NCBI GenBank assembly: GCA_019456145.1
Contig: VRUL01000008.1
Span: 60,438 to 124,437 of the forward strand
DNA: 64,000 nucleotides
Direction: 5' to 3'
Source of the DNA: Planctomycetota bacterium
Lineage (GTDB): Bacteria > Planctomycetota > Phycisphaerae > Sedimentisphaerales > Anaerobacaceae
Part shown: piece after piece, positions 10,797 through 19,470 of the stretch
Numbering within the stretch: the first letter of the stretch is position 1
Layout: each line of letters opens with the position of its first letter
The notes under the pieces: generated by a model
Told to the model about the DNA's origin: nothing
The model's input: the letters and a program-made list of their open reading frames with translations, nothing else
Database searches by the model: none
Translations under genes and position numbers: made by a program

Positions 10797-10836
10797 GGAC
10801 TCCGGCAAAGCCGGCCCCGGCGGTGAGAACTACCGG

Positions 10837-11565
10837 TTAGTGTTTTTCAACAATATCTCTGAGAATCTCGATGGTTACCTGGACATTCGGAGGAACGCCC
10901 AGTTCGGGAACGACCAGATCTGCTTCTGTGAAATCTTCATCTTTTGTATAGCCGTTGGTTGTGACCACACAGTACATCTCTGCTCCTTTGGCTGCGAGCA
11001 AGCCGTTGCGGCTGTCTTCAATTACGACACATTCATCGGGTTGTAACGCCAGTCGCTGCAGGGCCAGTTTGTATATCGATGGATCGGGCTTCTTTTTGGA
11101 TACCACATCGCCGGCCAGGATCATTTCGAAACAGTCATTTTGCTCAGGGCCCAGGAGCTTTCCGACTACGAGATTCACCGCCCGTTCGTTCGAGGTGGAA
11201 CAAACAGCCAGACGGATGCCTCCGGCGACAGCTTCGTCCACGAGTCTTGCGACACCAGGCCGAAGCGGTAATTCACCCGACTCAATGATTCTCATAAAAA
11301 GGTCGGTTTTCAACTTGTGCAGTTCCTTTATCAGCGTATCTTTATCGGCGGTATCCACGGGCCAGGAACTCTGGTTGAAATAGTGCCTCATTCGTTCTTT
11401 GCCGCCGGCGACGTTGAGTAGTTCGCTATACTGCTCAACGTCCCACTCGATGGGGTAGCCTTTCTCGGCGAATGCCTTGTTGAAGGCGACTCTGTGCCCG
11501 TCGCGTTCTGTATCAACCAGCACGCCGTCACAATCGAATATCAATGCCTTGAATTGCTTTGCCAT
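10837..11565 (-). CDS. HAD-superfamily phosphatase (subfamily IA, CbbY-like)
   Basis: Has ALIFDCDGVLVDTE (DxDx(V/T) motif I), CSTSN (motif II) and VVIEDSRNG (motif IV). Sits 15 nt downstream of the aldolase gene on the same strand. Confidence 0.85.
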   Translation of the reverse strand: MAKQFKALIFDCDGVLVDTERDGHRVAFNKAFAEKGYPIEWDVEQYSELLNVAGGKERMRHYFNQSSWPVDTADKDTLIKELHKLKTDLFMRIIESGELPLRPGVARLVDEAVAGGIRLAVCSTSNERAVNLVVGKLLGPEQNDCFEMILAGDVVSKKKPDPSIYKLALQRLALQPDECVVIEDSRNGLLAAKGAEMYCVVTTNGYTKDEDFTEADLVVPELGVPPNVQVTIEILRDIVEKH

Positions 11566-11580
11566 CGCTGGTCCTCTGTG

Positions 11581-12435
11581 TCAGGTTGCCTGAGTTTTTC
11601 TAAACAGCCTTATCTTTTTGACAATGCCTGATTTGAGTTGTTTGAACTGGGCGTCGATTACTTTGAGGGGATTGTACTCGGTGTTGTTCCGGTTATGATA
11701 GTCTACAAAGCCGTCGATGAATGCGTATTTGAGCTGCGTTGATATATTTACCTTCGCACAGCCAAGTGAAATGCACTTTTTGAAGGCGTCATCGGATAGA
11801 CCTGTTCCCCCATGTAGAGCAAGCGGAATATCAGTGGCTTTAGCGATTTCTTCGATGCGCTCGTATGCTATCTTTGGTTCGCCCTTGTATACGCCGTGGG
11901 CTGTTCCGACGGCCGGTGCAAAGCAGTCCGGTTCGACCCTGGCACAGAATTCGACCGCCTGGCCGGGATCGGCCAGGTGTGCATCCTGCTGTTTGACGTG
12001 GATATCGTCCTCGACGCCCACTATCGCGCCGAGTTCGGCCTCGACAGTCACATTCCCTGGCCGGGCCATTTCAACAACCTGGCTGCTGAGTGCAAGATTC
12101 TCCTCGAAAGGCTTTGATGAGGCATCAATCATTACGGAGGTCCACCCGGAATTGATACACTCGCGGATGATTTCGAGGTCCCTGCAGTGATCAAGGTGCA
12201 GGGCGATTGGCACAGTCGAAGAATCGGCCAGTTCCCTGACCCAGTTGATTATCGCTCGGGTGCCCCAGAAGACGACCGTTTTGGAGGAAGTTTGGATAAT
12301 GACGGGGGTTTCTGTCTCCTGGGCAGCTTCGACAACAGCCCTGGCTGAGTTATAATCAAGGATATTGAACGCACCTATAGCGTATTGTCCCGTTCTTGCG
12401 TCACTTAGCATTGTCTTGATATTCTCAAGAGACAT
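11581..12435 (-). CDS. Class II ketose-bisphosphate aldolase (Fba/GatY/KbaY family)
   Basis: Has AFNILDYNSARAVVEAAQETETPVIIQTS, HLDHC, VMIDAS, VEAELG, LALHGGTG and KVNISTQ, which together form the class II metal-dependent aldolase pattern. Confidence 0.85.
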   Translation of the reverse strand: MSLENIKTMLSDARTGQYAIGAFNILDYNSARAVVEAAQETETPVIIQTSSKTVVFWGTRAIINWVRELADSSTVPIALHLDHCRDLEIIRECINSGWTSVMIDASSKPFEENLALSSQVVEMARPGNVTVEAELGAIVGVEDDIHVKQQDAHLADPGQAVEFCARVEPDCFAPAVGTAHGVYKGEPKIAYERIEEIAKATDIPLALHGGTGLSDDAFKKCISLGCAKVNISTQLKYAFIDGFVDYHNRNNTEYNPLKVIDAQFKQLKSGIVKKIRLFRKTQAT

Positions 12436-12631
12436 CTCTTTGCTCCCTAACCAATTATCCTACGCACATTAGGAAAAACATGCTTATCGACTACTGGAAT
12501 TATGACTTGCTTCTCTGTCATTATAGTCGATACTATCTGATTCGGTCAAGCGTCGGATATTCACCGACAATGGAAGTACGATATCTCAAGAATTACAGGA
12601 AATTTAGTTGTGTTTTAATAAGGATAATCAC

Positions 12632-13642
12632 ATGGCTAAGATCTATCGTGACGGCGACGTTGACATGCAAATCCTCAATGGCCGCAAAATCGGCATTGTT
12701 GGATATGGCAATCAGGGACGCGCTCAGGCCTTAAATATTAAGGACAGTGGTTTTGCGCCGATAGTTGCTAACAGAGACGACCAATACAGGGAAAAGGCGA
12801 TTAAAGACGGTTTTGAAGTTCGTTCGATAAGCGAGGTTGCCAGGGAGGCAGATGTTATTCTCTTTCTTATACCTGATGAGGTCCAGCCCCAAGTCTACGA
12901 TGAGCAGATAAGACCTTATCTCAATACCGGTGATATCGTATGCTTTGCCAGCGGGTACAATGTTTATTACGGGACAATCAAGCCGCCTGAAGGTGTCGGC
13001 ATTATTATGGTAGCGCCTCGTATGATTGGTCGGGCGGTACGTGATCTATATAAAAAAGGTCTTGGTTTTCCTTGTCTGGTTGCTTGCGAGAAAGATAAAG
13101 ACGGCCGGTTTATGTTGATTGCGCTGGCGCTGGCTAAAGCCATTGGGGCTACACGATTCGGTGCGTTTGATTCTTCATTTAAGGAAGAGGCAATAATTGA
13201 TTTGTTTGCTGAGCAAATGCTCTGGCCTGGTATAATAAAGCTCTGTCTGCTGTATTTTGAAAAGCTGACTGAAAATGGCTGTGACCCGGAGATTGTAACA
13301 ACTGAATTGTACCTGTCCGGTGAGTTCGTTGAGATTGCAAAGGCGATGATTGTCTCTGGTTTCTTTGGCCAGTTGAAGCTGCACTCTCAAACCAGCCAGT
13401 ACGGCCAGTTGTCCCGTGCGGATCGGATGGCGCCGCCGGAACTTCTGAACCGGGTTGACGAGGTCATAGACGAAATTTCGTCCGGCAAATTCCATGCAGA
13501 ATGGGTCAAAGAGCAAAAGGATGGTAAACCAAAAATGAGAAAGTTGTGGCAACAGGCACTCGAACATCCACTTTCAGAATCCGAGGCAAAGCTCGAGACT
13601 CTACGCAGGATAATCGCCGAATCTTATGAGGGGCCCGATTAA
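12632..13642 (+). CDS. Ketol-acid reductoisomerase (class I KARI)-like protein, divergent
   Basis: ATG at 12632 (MAKIYRDGD); the track start 12608 is a TTG. Has GIVGYGNQGRAQALNIKDSG (Rossmann) and IDLFAEQ (metal ligands). Canonical HGF and VAPK motifs read SGY and VAPR here (see finding). Confidence 0.75.
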   Translation: MAKIYRDGDVDMQILNGRKIGIVGYGNQGRAQALNIKDSGFAPIVANRDDQYREKAIKDGFEVRSISEVAREADVILFLIPDEVQPQVYDEQIRPYLNTGDIVCFASGYNVYYGTIKPPEGVGIIMVAPRMIGRAVRDLYKKGLGFPCLVACEKDKDGRFMLIALALAKAIGATRFGAFDSSFKEEAIIDLFAEQMLWPGIIKLCLLYFEKLTENGCDPEIVTTELYLSGEFVEIAKAMIVSGFFGQLKLHSQTSQYGQLSRADRMAPPELLNRVDEVIDEISSGKFHAEWVKEQKDGKPKMRKLWQQALEHPLSESEAKLETLRRIIAESYEGPD

Positions 13643-13864
13643 GCTGAAAATTTGGTTAGTGCATTTTGTGTCCTCATTAACGGCTATACTGGCGGTAGTA
13701 TTGTTGTAAATGGCGGCAATTTGTGGTCTAATAGCACTAATGTTCCCGGGGCAACTGCTCATGGCTTTCATACAAATCACTTGGATCTGCTACAATGTAA
13801 GCTGCAAGAATGTGCTTCGGGGTACGTGTTTAATCTCTTGAATGCAGTTTGAAGGATAAAAACA

Positions 13865-15043
13865 ATGATAAGAATGCCGTGGACGTCAGCTTCTTGCCCC
13901 CATTTCGTTTTGGAAATAAATCAGAAATGTAATATTTCCTGCAAAGGCTGTTACAAGAAGATGGGCGGTTCAACAAAAACGTTGGATCAAATTCTTGGTG
14001 AACTCGATATTGCAATGTCGAAAAGGCGGATTCAGACGGTTTCCGTCGCCGGGGGAGAACCGACGTTGCATCCCCGGTTATGTGAAATCGTAAGCAATAT
14101 ACACGGGAGGAGCTTAAAGGTTGTCTTGGCTACAAACGGCTTGTTATTGAACGTGGGCCTTCTGGAAGACTTGAAGAAAGCCGGCCTTGATATGGTCATG
14201 CTTCACATAGATGAGGGGCAAAATCGTCCGGATTTGCCGCCTGATCCCACGCTTGAGCAGATAAACTCTTTGAGGTCGGCCCTCGCAGAGAAAGTTGCGG
14301 CAGGAGATATCGATGCCGGGCTTTCGGTTACGGTTTATCACAAGTATTTTGATCGGCTGCCGCAAATAGTAGACTTTATACTAAATTCCAGGCATATAAA
14401 TTTTCTCTTTGCAACAAATTATGTTGATACAGCTAATTTGCTGAAATCCGTCCACTTCATGCAGCAGAATCAAGATCGCTTTCCTGATGGCTCAGATAGC
14501 AGCTCATCTCAATCCAGCCGGACGACAAATCAGCAAGTATACGAGATACTCAAGGACAGTTTTGCTATAGAGCCATCTGCATATTTGCCTCCAGCTCGAG
14601 CAACTGCCGGGGCGGAAGGCCACATGGCCTGGATGACATATTTCATGCCGGTCATTCATCTTGAGAGCAAGACCGAGCGGTTCAGCATAAGATCGAATAT
14701 AATAAATTTGTTTCTGCGCTCTTTCTCAAAGCTGACTACCGGCCGCTTTACATTCTACTCCGGAAACAAGCCTTTCACCACTGCCGTCATGGTTCTGTGC
14801 AGCACCCTGACAAGTCGGCGGCCAATAGAAGGCTTGAAGTTTCTCGCTAAGCTCAGGCACAGTGGGGCTCACCTAAAATCCAAATACCTTATTTTTGAAA
14901 ACGGGCCGATGGTAACTGAGAACGGGGATATTAGCTGTTGCGTTCTTTGTCCTAATGCCACTGTTAGTGGTAATCAACTTGTTCCCGTTTGTCTGGCGGA
15001 TTATCCAGACTTCAATAGCATGGACGGGCTGTCTTCAGGATAA
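13865..15043 (+). CDS. Radical SAM protein with uncharacterised Cys-containing C-terminal domain
   Basis: Has the CNISCKGC (CxxxCxxC) cluster motif at aa 22-29, the VAGGEPTL SAM-binding motif, and a C-terminal CCVLCPNATVSGNQLVPVC. 392 aa. Confidence 0.85.
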   Translation: MIRMPWTSASCPHFVLEINQKCNISCKGCYKKMGGSTKTLDQILGELDIAMSKRRIQTVSVAGGEPTLHPRLCEIVSNIHGRSLKVVLATNGLLLNVGLLEDLKKAGLDMVMLHIDEGQNRPDLPPDPTLEQINSLRSALAEKVAAGDIDAGLSVTVYHKYFDRLPQIVDFILNSRHINFLFATNYVDTANLLKSVHFMQQNQDRFPDGSDSSSSQSSRTTNQQVYEILKDSFAIEPSAYLPPARATAGAEGHMAWMTYFMPVIHLESKTERFSIRSNIINLFLRSFSKLTTGRFTFYSGNKPFTTAVMVLCSTLTSRRPIEGLKFLAKLRHSGAHLKSKYLIFENGPMVTENGDISCCVLCPNATVSGNQLVPVCLADYPDFNSMDGLSSG

Positions 15044-15216
15044 TCCCATCTCAAATAGCCTGCTCGTCCATTGCCCAATGCGCCGCAACCGCTCCAACGC
15101 CGGCCGAATCGGCAATCTGTTTGCGTGCATACCGTTTCAAATCACGCATGCGCCATACAGAAACTAAGAGTCTGTCTCTTGTATGCCAGGATACCCCGGC
15201 AACTCGCAATGAAGAC

Positions 15217-16608
15217 TCAGTATTCCCTATCTTTAACTATACCCGGCTGAGGAACTGGATATCTGCCGTCGGCGTCGGGCTGCAGGGGCGCAGGAGAATC
15301 CATCGTAAACTTGTCCAGTCCGGGCGCCATCTCGTGGTCGCTGTTGAGGATCTGGTCGTATGTGGTTTCCTGGCCGGTATGCGCGGCCATGCGGCCAAGG
15401 CTCGTGACCAGACTGGTATTGACACCGTTTTCGGTTTCGTTGTAGGGCTTGTCGCTGCGGATGGCTTCCATCAGGTCGTTCCATTCGTTTTGATATGGAT
15501 TCCTTTCTTCCGGCCTGATATTGGATTGCCATATCATGTTCGACTTGTCCATTTTCTGGCCCCTGTAAGTGCTGGAGGGTCTTCCACAGTCACCGTTCTT
15601 TGAGACGATCGCTATGCCTTTAGTGCCATGCGCGTAGCTGGAGTAGATGTTTGTGCAACCCGAGATGCAGCGTCCATCCATGAAGAACTTGCTGCCGTCG
15701 GCATACGTGTATTCCACCGAGTACGTATCGAAATTCTGGTCCACGTAAGTGATGCCTTCGGGACTCTTGCGATAATGGCGACCGCCCACGGCCTGGGCCT
15801 TGATCGGCCAGGCGTTCTTCATCCAGCATAGATGATCGATGATGTGGATGTTAAAGTCGCTGAAGTTACCGCCGCTTGCCCAGATGAAACTGTGGAACCG
15901 CTGTATTTGGTAAAGCAGGTCGCTGATACCGGGTGGTTTGGGCAGCGAGCGGAAGAATGCGGCCGGTCCATGCATCCGGTAGCCGCGCTGTAAAATGATG
16001 TCGCCGATTTCGCCGTCCTGGATGCGTTTTTGCAGTTCCTGGAGCGCCCGGCTGTGGCGCGACATCAATCCAACTCCTACTTTGAGGTTCTTCGCTGTTG
16101 CCTCTTTGCCGAGCTTGAACATCCGCCGACTCGTCGGGCCGTCCACGGTGACAGGCTTTTCCATAAAAACATTGAGGCGTTTCTTGACTGCGTAGGTGAA
16201 ATGCACCCAGCGGAATGCCGGAGGCGTTGCAAAAATCGCGACATCGCCCGGGCCCAGGCAATCCATCGCCTTTTTGTAAGCGTCGAAACCCACGAACCGG
16301 TGATCCTCTGTCACATCAACCTTGTCGGCGTGCCTCCTCTTTAGATTACTGTAACTGCTTTTAAGGCGATTTTCGAAGACGTCTCCCATGGCCACGAGTT
16401 TCATTGGCCCATTCTTGACAGACAGGGCGTTATCGGCTGCGCCGGTGCCCCGGCCGCCACAACCTACCAGGGCCACCTTGATAGTGTTGCTTTCGGCGGC
16501 GTACATACGTGGAACGGCCGCCGCCATAAAAGCCGATGTGGCGGCGATTCGACCGGTGTTTTTCAGGAACTCACGGCGTGACGTGCTTTTTTTAGTAATG
16601 TCGCTCAT
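15217..16608 (-). CDS. Gfo/Idh/MocA-family oxidoreductase with twin-arginine signal
   Basis: Has a Tat motif (SRREFLKNTGRIAATSAFMAAA) followed by a Rossmann segment (VALVGCGGRGTGAA). 463 aa. This architecture is common in Planctomycetes. Confidence 0.85.
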   Translation of the reverse strand: MSDITKKSTSRREFLKNTGRIAATSAFMAAAVPRMYAAESNTIKVALVGCGGRGTGAADNALSVKNGPMKLVAMGDVFENRLKSSYSNLKRRHADKVDVTEDHRFVGFDAYKKAMDCLGPGDVAIFATPPAFRWVHFTYAVKKRLNVFMEKPVTVDGPTSRRMFKLGKEATAKNLKVGVGLMSRHSRALQELQKRIQDGEIGDIILQRGYRMHGPAAFFRSLPKPPGISDLLYQIQRFHSFIWASGGNFSDFNIHIIDHLCWMKNAWPIKAQAVGGRHYRKSPEGITYVDQNFDTYSVEYTYADGSKFFMDGRCISGCTNIYSSYAHGTKGIAIVSKNGDCGRPSSTYRGQKMDKSNMIWQSNIRPEERNPYQNEWNDLMEAIRSDKPYNETENGVNTSLVTSLGRMAAHTGQETTYDQILNSDHEMAPGLDKFTMDSPAPLQPDADGRYPVPQPGIVKDREY

Positions 16609-16859
16609 AAAGGTTTTCCTCCTAACTGAATGGTTTCAACTTCACATACACATTTGCTCCGGGAATTGTCATTTCCCTTCGGCCTAAACGTCGTATAGGC
16701 CACATTAGGCATTATCATAGCCATTTCGCTGCATTTTACAAGTGTGTTTTCCCTGTCGTAGTATGAAAGTGTATCCGCCGATTCTTGGAATTTGTCCGGA
16801 CCTGTTGAAGTATTGGCGCTGCAGATTGCGCAGTTTAACATGGTTGAATGCTGAAATTG

Positions 16860-17376
16860 GCTTAAATTGGGTTCGTTTGGGTTCGTTTTGGGTTCGTTTT
16901 TCCCACGTTGACCAAGTGTCCTTTTTACATAATCGGCTGTTATAAAAGTATTTACGTTCATTTGACTTTTTCGGAAATTGGGTTCGTTTTGCATATATTC
17001 GTCGCTTGTCGCTCGTCTCTCGTCGCTCGTATTTAATCGTTAGTCGATAGTATTTAGTATATAGCCGGTTGAGGCCGGGACGACCGGCATTATTTTTTGG
17101 CAAACAGGGCTGGATAGGCGGTTTGCGTAGATTGTAATTGGTAGTTCATTGTTCATAGTTATTTAGTTGGTAGTTTGTAGTTCGTAGTTGGTAGTTATTC
17201 ACCTTTAGTTAATGAATAAATTTGATTTGGGCCTGCTGGCTCTATGTCCTTGCCACGCGGTGGCTTACGACATGCAAACTGAAATGTCATCTATCGCCTA
17301 CTGGCGGTTTACGTTTGCCTGCTGGCAAACATACAGGTATTTTAACAGATTTCCAAACAAAAGACAACAAAAAAAC
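16860..17376. repeat. Composite intergenic repeat, left copy (inverted partner at 49372-49900)
   Basis: Three collinear blocks match the reverse complement of the right copy: 16864-16995 vs 49762-49892, 17108-17160 vs 49682-49734, and 17295-17376 vs 49372-49455. The core 17295-17335 matches 49415-49455 at 39/41 nt. It contains the tandem units gggttcgttt(t) x3 at 16869-16901. Confidence 0.85.
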
Positions 17377-17506
17377 GGCCCAAAATTAAATTTTTTTTTG
17401 GCCGCCCTGAGCGCAGTCGAACGGGTCTATCACAACAAAAAAATGGCTTTATAAGCACATAAATAACGCCGTCTTACAGGCGGCGGAAGACAGAAATTGT
17501 TTTTGA

Positions 17507-17965
17507 AGGCAAGGGCGGGGCACAAAAAAGACTCCTGTTGTGGCCTTAGTGCAGAGAAACGGAATAGTCAAAAGCCAGAAAATGGATAGATTAACAGGAA
17601 AAAACCTTAAAGAGTTTATACATGATAATGTCGATAATACTTATGAGATTATGACGGATGATTTCAAGGCTTATAGGACACTAAGAAAAGATTTTAACCA
17701 TAAATTTGTGAATAATAGTATAGGCAGATATGTCAAAGGGAAAGTACATACAAATACTCTTGAGGGCTATTTTAGCCTATTAAAACGGGGTATCACGGGA
17801 ATTTTTCACCACGTTAGTAAAAAACATTTACATAGATATTTAAATGAGTTCGATTTTAGGTATAATATAAGAAAGAGGAATGACGGAGCATTAGCCTGTA
17901 TGTTATTGAACGGAATCGAGGGCAAGAGGTTGCTGTACCGGGACTCACGCAAGGTAGGTGCTTAG
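17507..17965 (+). pseudogene. IS1595-family (ISXO2-like DDE) transposase remnant, 5'-truncated
   Basis: The open frame from 17507 reads RQGRGGTKKTPVVALVQRNG...IMTDDFKAYRTL...NTLEGYFSLLKRGITGIFHHVSKKHLHRYLNEFDFRYN. This corresponds to the C-terminal ~150 aa of IS1595-type transposases. The N-terminal zinc-ribbon and the first part of the DDE domain are missing, and there is a stop at 17504. Confidence 0.75.
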
Positions 17966-17967
17966 AA

Positions 17968-18708
17968 ATGGCAAAGCATAAAAATATCATTAAACTTGAA
18001 ATTGATGGTCCAAGAATTACGGCTGACAAATTTACTCATAGCGTAAAAACTTTTTTTGATTTGATTAACGATGTTGCTACGGACGTTACAGGCAAGCGGA
18101 AAGCCGTTGAATGGATAGTTTCGGTAGAAAAAGGAAGTATTGGATTGTGTGCCACTGCTGAACCAATTGATATTCCTGCAAAAGATGTTACTGATATAGT
18201 GCAGGCAATAGAAAAAGGGATTCAGGCCATTAGCAAAAGACGAAAAAAACGACCAGACCATTTTTCTGATAATGCCTTAAAAAAGCTGTTTATATTAGGG
18301 AATATAACAGGCCTTGGTGACCAAGGGGTAGAACATATACGCATTCAAACTAATGGAGAACCCAATGAACTTTCGCCTTCAAGCGTAGCTTATGTTGATG
18401 ATTTATTACAAACTCCAACGAGAGCTTATGGAACTATTGATGGCTACTTATTAGCTTTAGAATTGAGAGGCCGCCTGAATTTTGAGATAGACGAAATTCT
18501 TAGCCGCAAAAGGATTAAATGTTTCTTTGCGGATAAAATATATAATGATGTAATTAAGGCTCTTAGGCAACGTGTTTCTGCTTATGGATTAATTAGTTAT
18601 AAAAAGGGTGGTGAGCCTAAGAATATCGATATTGAAAAACTAACGATTTTTCCCAATGATGATAAATTGCCAAAATTTAGGGATATAATAGGCTTACTTG
18701 CGAATTGA
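17968..18708 (+). CDS. Hypothetical 246-aa protein, upstream partner of the PIN gene
   Basis: ATG at 17968 lies 2 nt after the transposase-remnant stop and is preceded by AAGGTAGG. The region is AT-rich (about 32-33% GC in sampled lines). I see no recognisable HTH/RHH/AbrB motif. Has a basic linker, SKRRKKRPDHF. Confidence 0.7.
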   Translation: MAKHKNIIKLEIDGPRITADKFTHSVKTFFDLINDVATDVTGKRKAVEWIVSVEKGSIGLCATAEPIDIPAKDVTDIVQAIEKGIQAISKRRKKRPDHFSDNALKKLFILGNITGLGDQGVEHIRIQTNGEPNELSPSSVAYVDDLLQTPTRAYGTIDGYLLALELRGRLNFEIDEILSRKRIKCFFADKIYNDVIKALRQRVSAYGLISYKKGGEPKNIDIEKLTIFPNDDKLPKFRDIIGLLAN

Positions 18709-18710
18709 TT

Positions 18711-19208
18711 ATGGCCAGAGAAATAGTTTATTGGGATGCTAATTGCTTTTTGGGCCTGTTAAACAATGAACAGGACAAAATTAAATCGTGCGCTGGTGCA
18801 ATGAAAAAAGCCGAAGACGGCAAACTTGTTATAGTTACTTCTGCATTAACGTTTATCGAAGTAATAAGAATGAAGGGAAGGCCCAAGCTTAAAAAAAGCG
18901 TCGAACAAACCATCCAAGATTTCTTTTCTAATTCTTTTATCTATATTCATAATGTTGATAGAGAAGTGGGGATAAAGGCAAGAAATTTAATGTGGAAACA
19001 TAAATCGCTACAGCCTAAAGATTCTATTCACGTTGCAACTGCTCTTTTGCGCAACACACCTAAATTGCATACCTTTGATAAGGATTTATTAAAACTGAAA
19101 GATGCAAATATTACCAATAAACTTAAAATTTGTAAACCAGACATTGAGTATCAAATGGGATTTGATGATCTAAATGGGCAAGAAAAAGAACAAACAGATA
19201 AACCCTGA
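18711..19208 (+). CDS. PIN-domain (VapC-like) putative ribonuclease
   Basis: ATG at 18711 lies 2 nt after the upstream stop (TGA 18706-18708). The conserved acidic positions expected of a PIN fold are present: YWDAN, TFIEV, PKDSIHVATA, TFDKD. About 165 aa. Confidence 0.8.
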   Translation: MAREIVYWDANCFLGLLNNEQDKIKSCAGAMKKAEDGKLVIVTSALTFIEVIRMKGRPKLKKSVEQTIQDFFSNSFIYIHNVDREVGIKARNLMWKHKSLQPKDSIHVATALLRNTPKLHTFDKDLLKLKDANITNKLKICKPDIEYQMGFDDLNGQEKEQTDKP

Positions 19209-19470
19209 CGATGTTCTCAGGGCCATGCTCTCTACTCCCCCCCTCAAAAAGCGGAAAACTAAGAAAAAGCCTAAAAAGAAGTAAAAAACACTTGTGAGTT
19301 TGCCAAGTATACAATCACCAATCAAAATGTAAAGTGCAAAGCTACAAATCAAAAATAAAAAAGAGGTTTCAAGTGATTAATCCGCTAAAGGAACTCAAGG
19401 AACAGAAAAAAATGTACCACCTGAGGGTGCAGGCGGACACCTTTAATTCCCCCCTTGCAAATTATTGAGC

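Noticed and set aside
15045-15216. A GC-rich 55-codon open frame on the - strand just downstream of the Gfo/Idh/MocA gene (..MRDLKRYARKQIADSAGVGAVAAHWAMDEQAI), considered as a gene remnant.
   Set aside because: It is too short, I can assign no family motif, and no RBS is evident. It may be a relic of a decayed gene, but this cannot be supported from sequence alone.
16869-16901. Short tandem repeats in the 16.8-17.2 kb zone, considered as a possible CRISPR array.
   Set aside because: The units are only 10-11 nt, directly abutting, with no spacers. No cas genes are in the window. This is not a CRISPR array.
16605-16994. The 129-aa ORF MQNEPNFRKSQMNVN... and its counterpart 49739..50143 (MSINYDLIMQNEPNFPDAQMNIT...), considered as a small conserved protein family.
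   Set aside because: Similarity between the two is confined to the first ~50 codons, which coincide with the DNA repeat and its short tandem aaacgaaccca units. Downstream the frames run into unrelated sequence. No RBS is evident. I treat them as repeat-derived pseudo-ORFs, though a dN/dS test across more copies would settle it.
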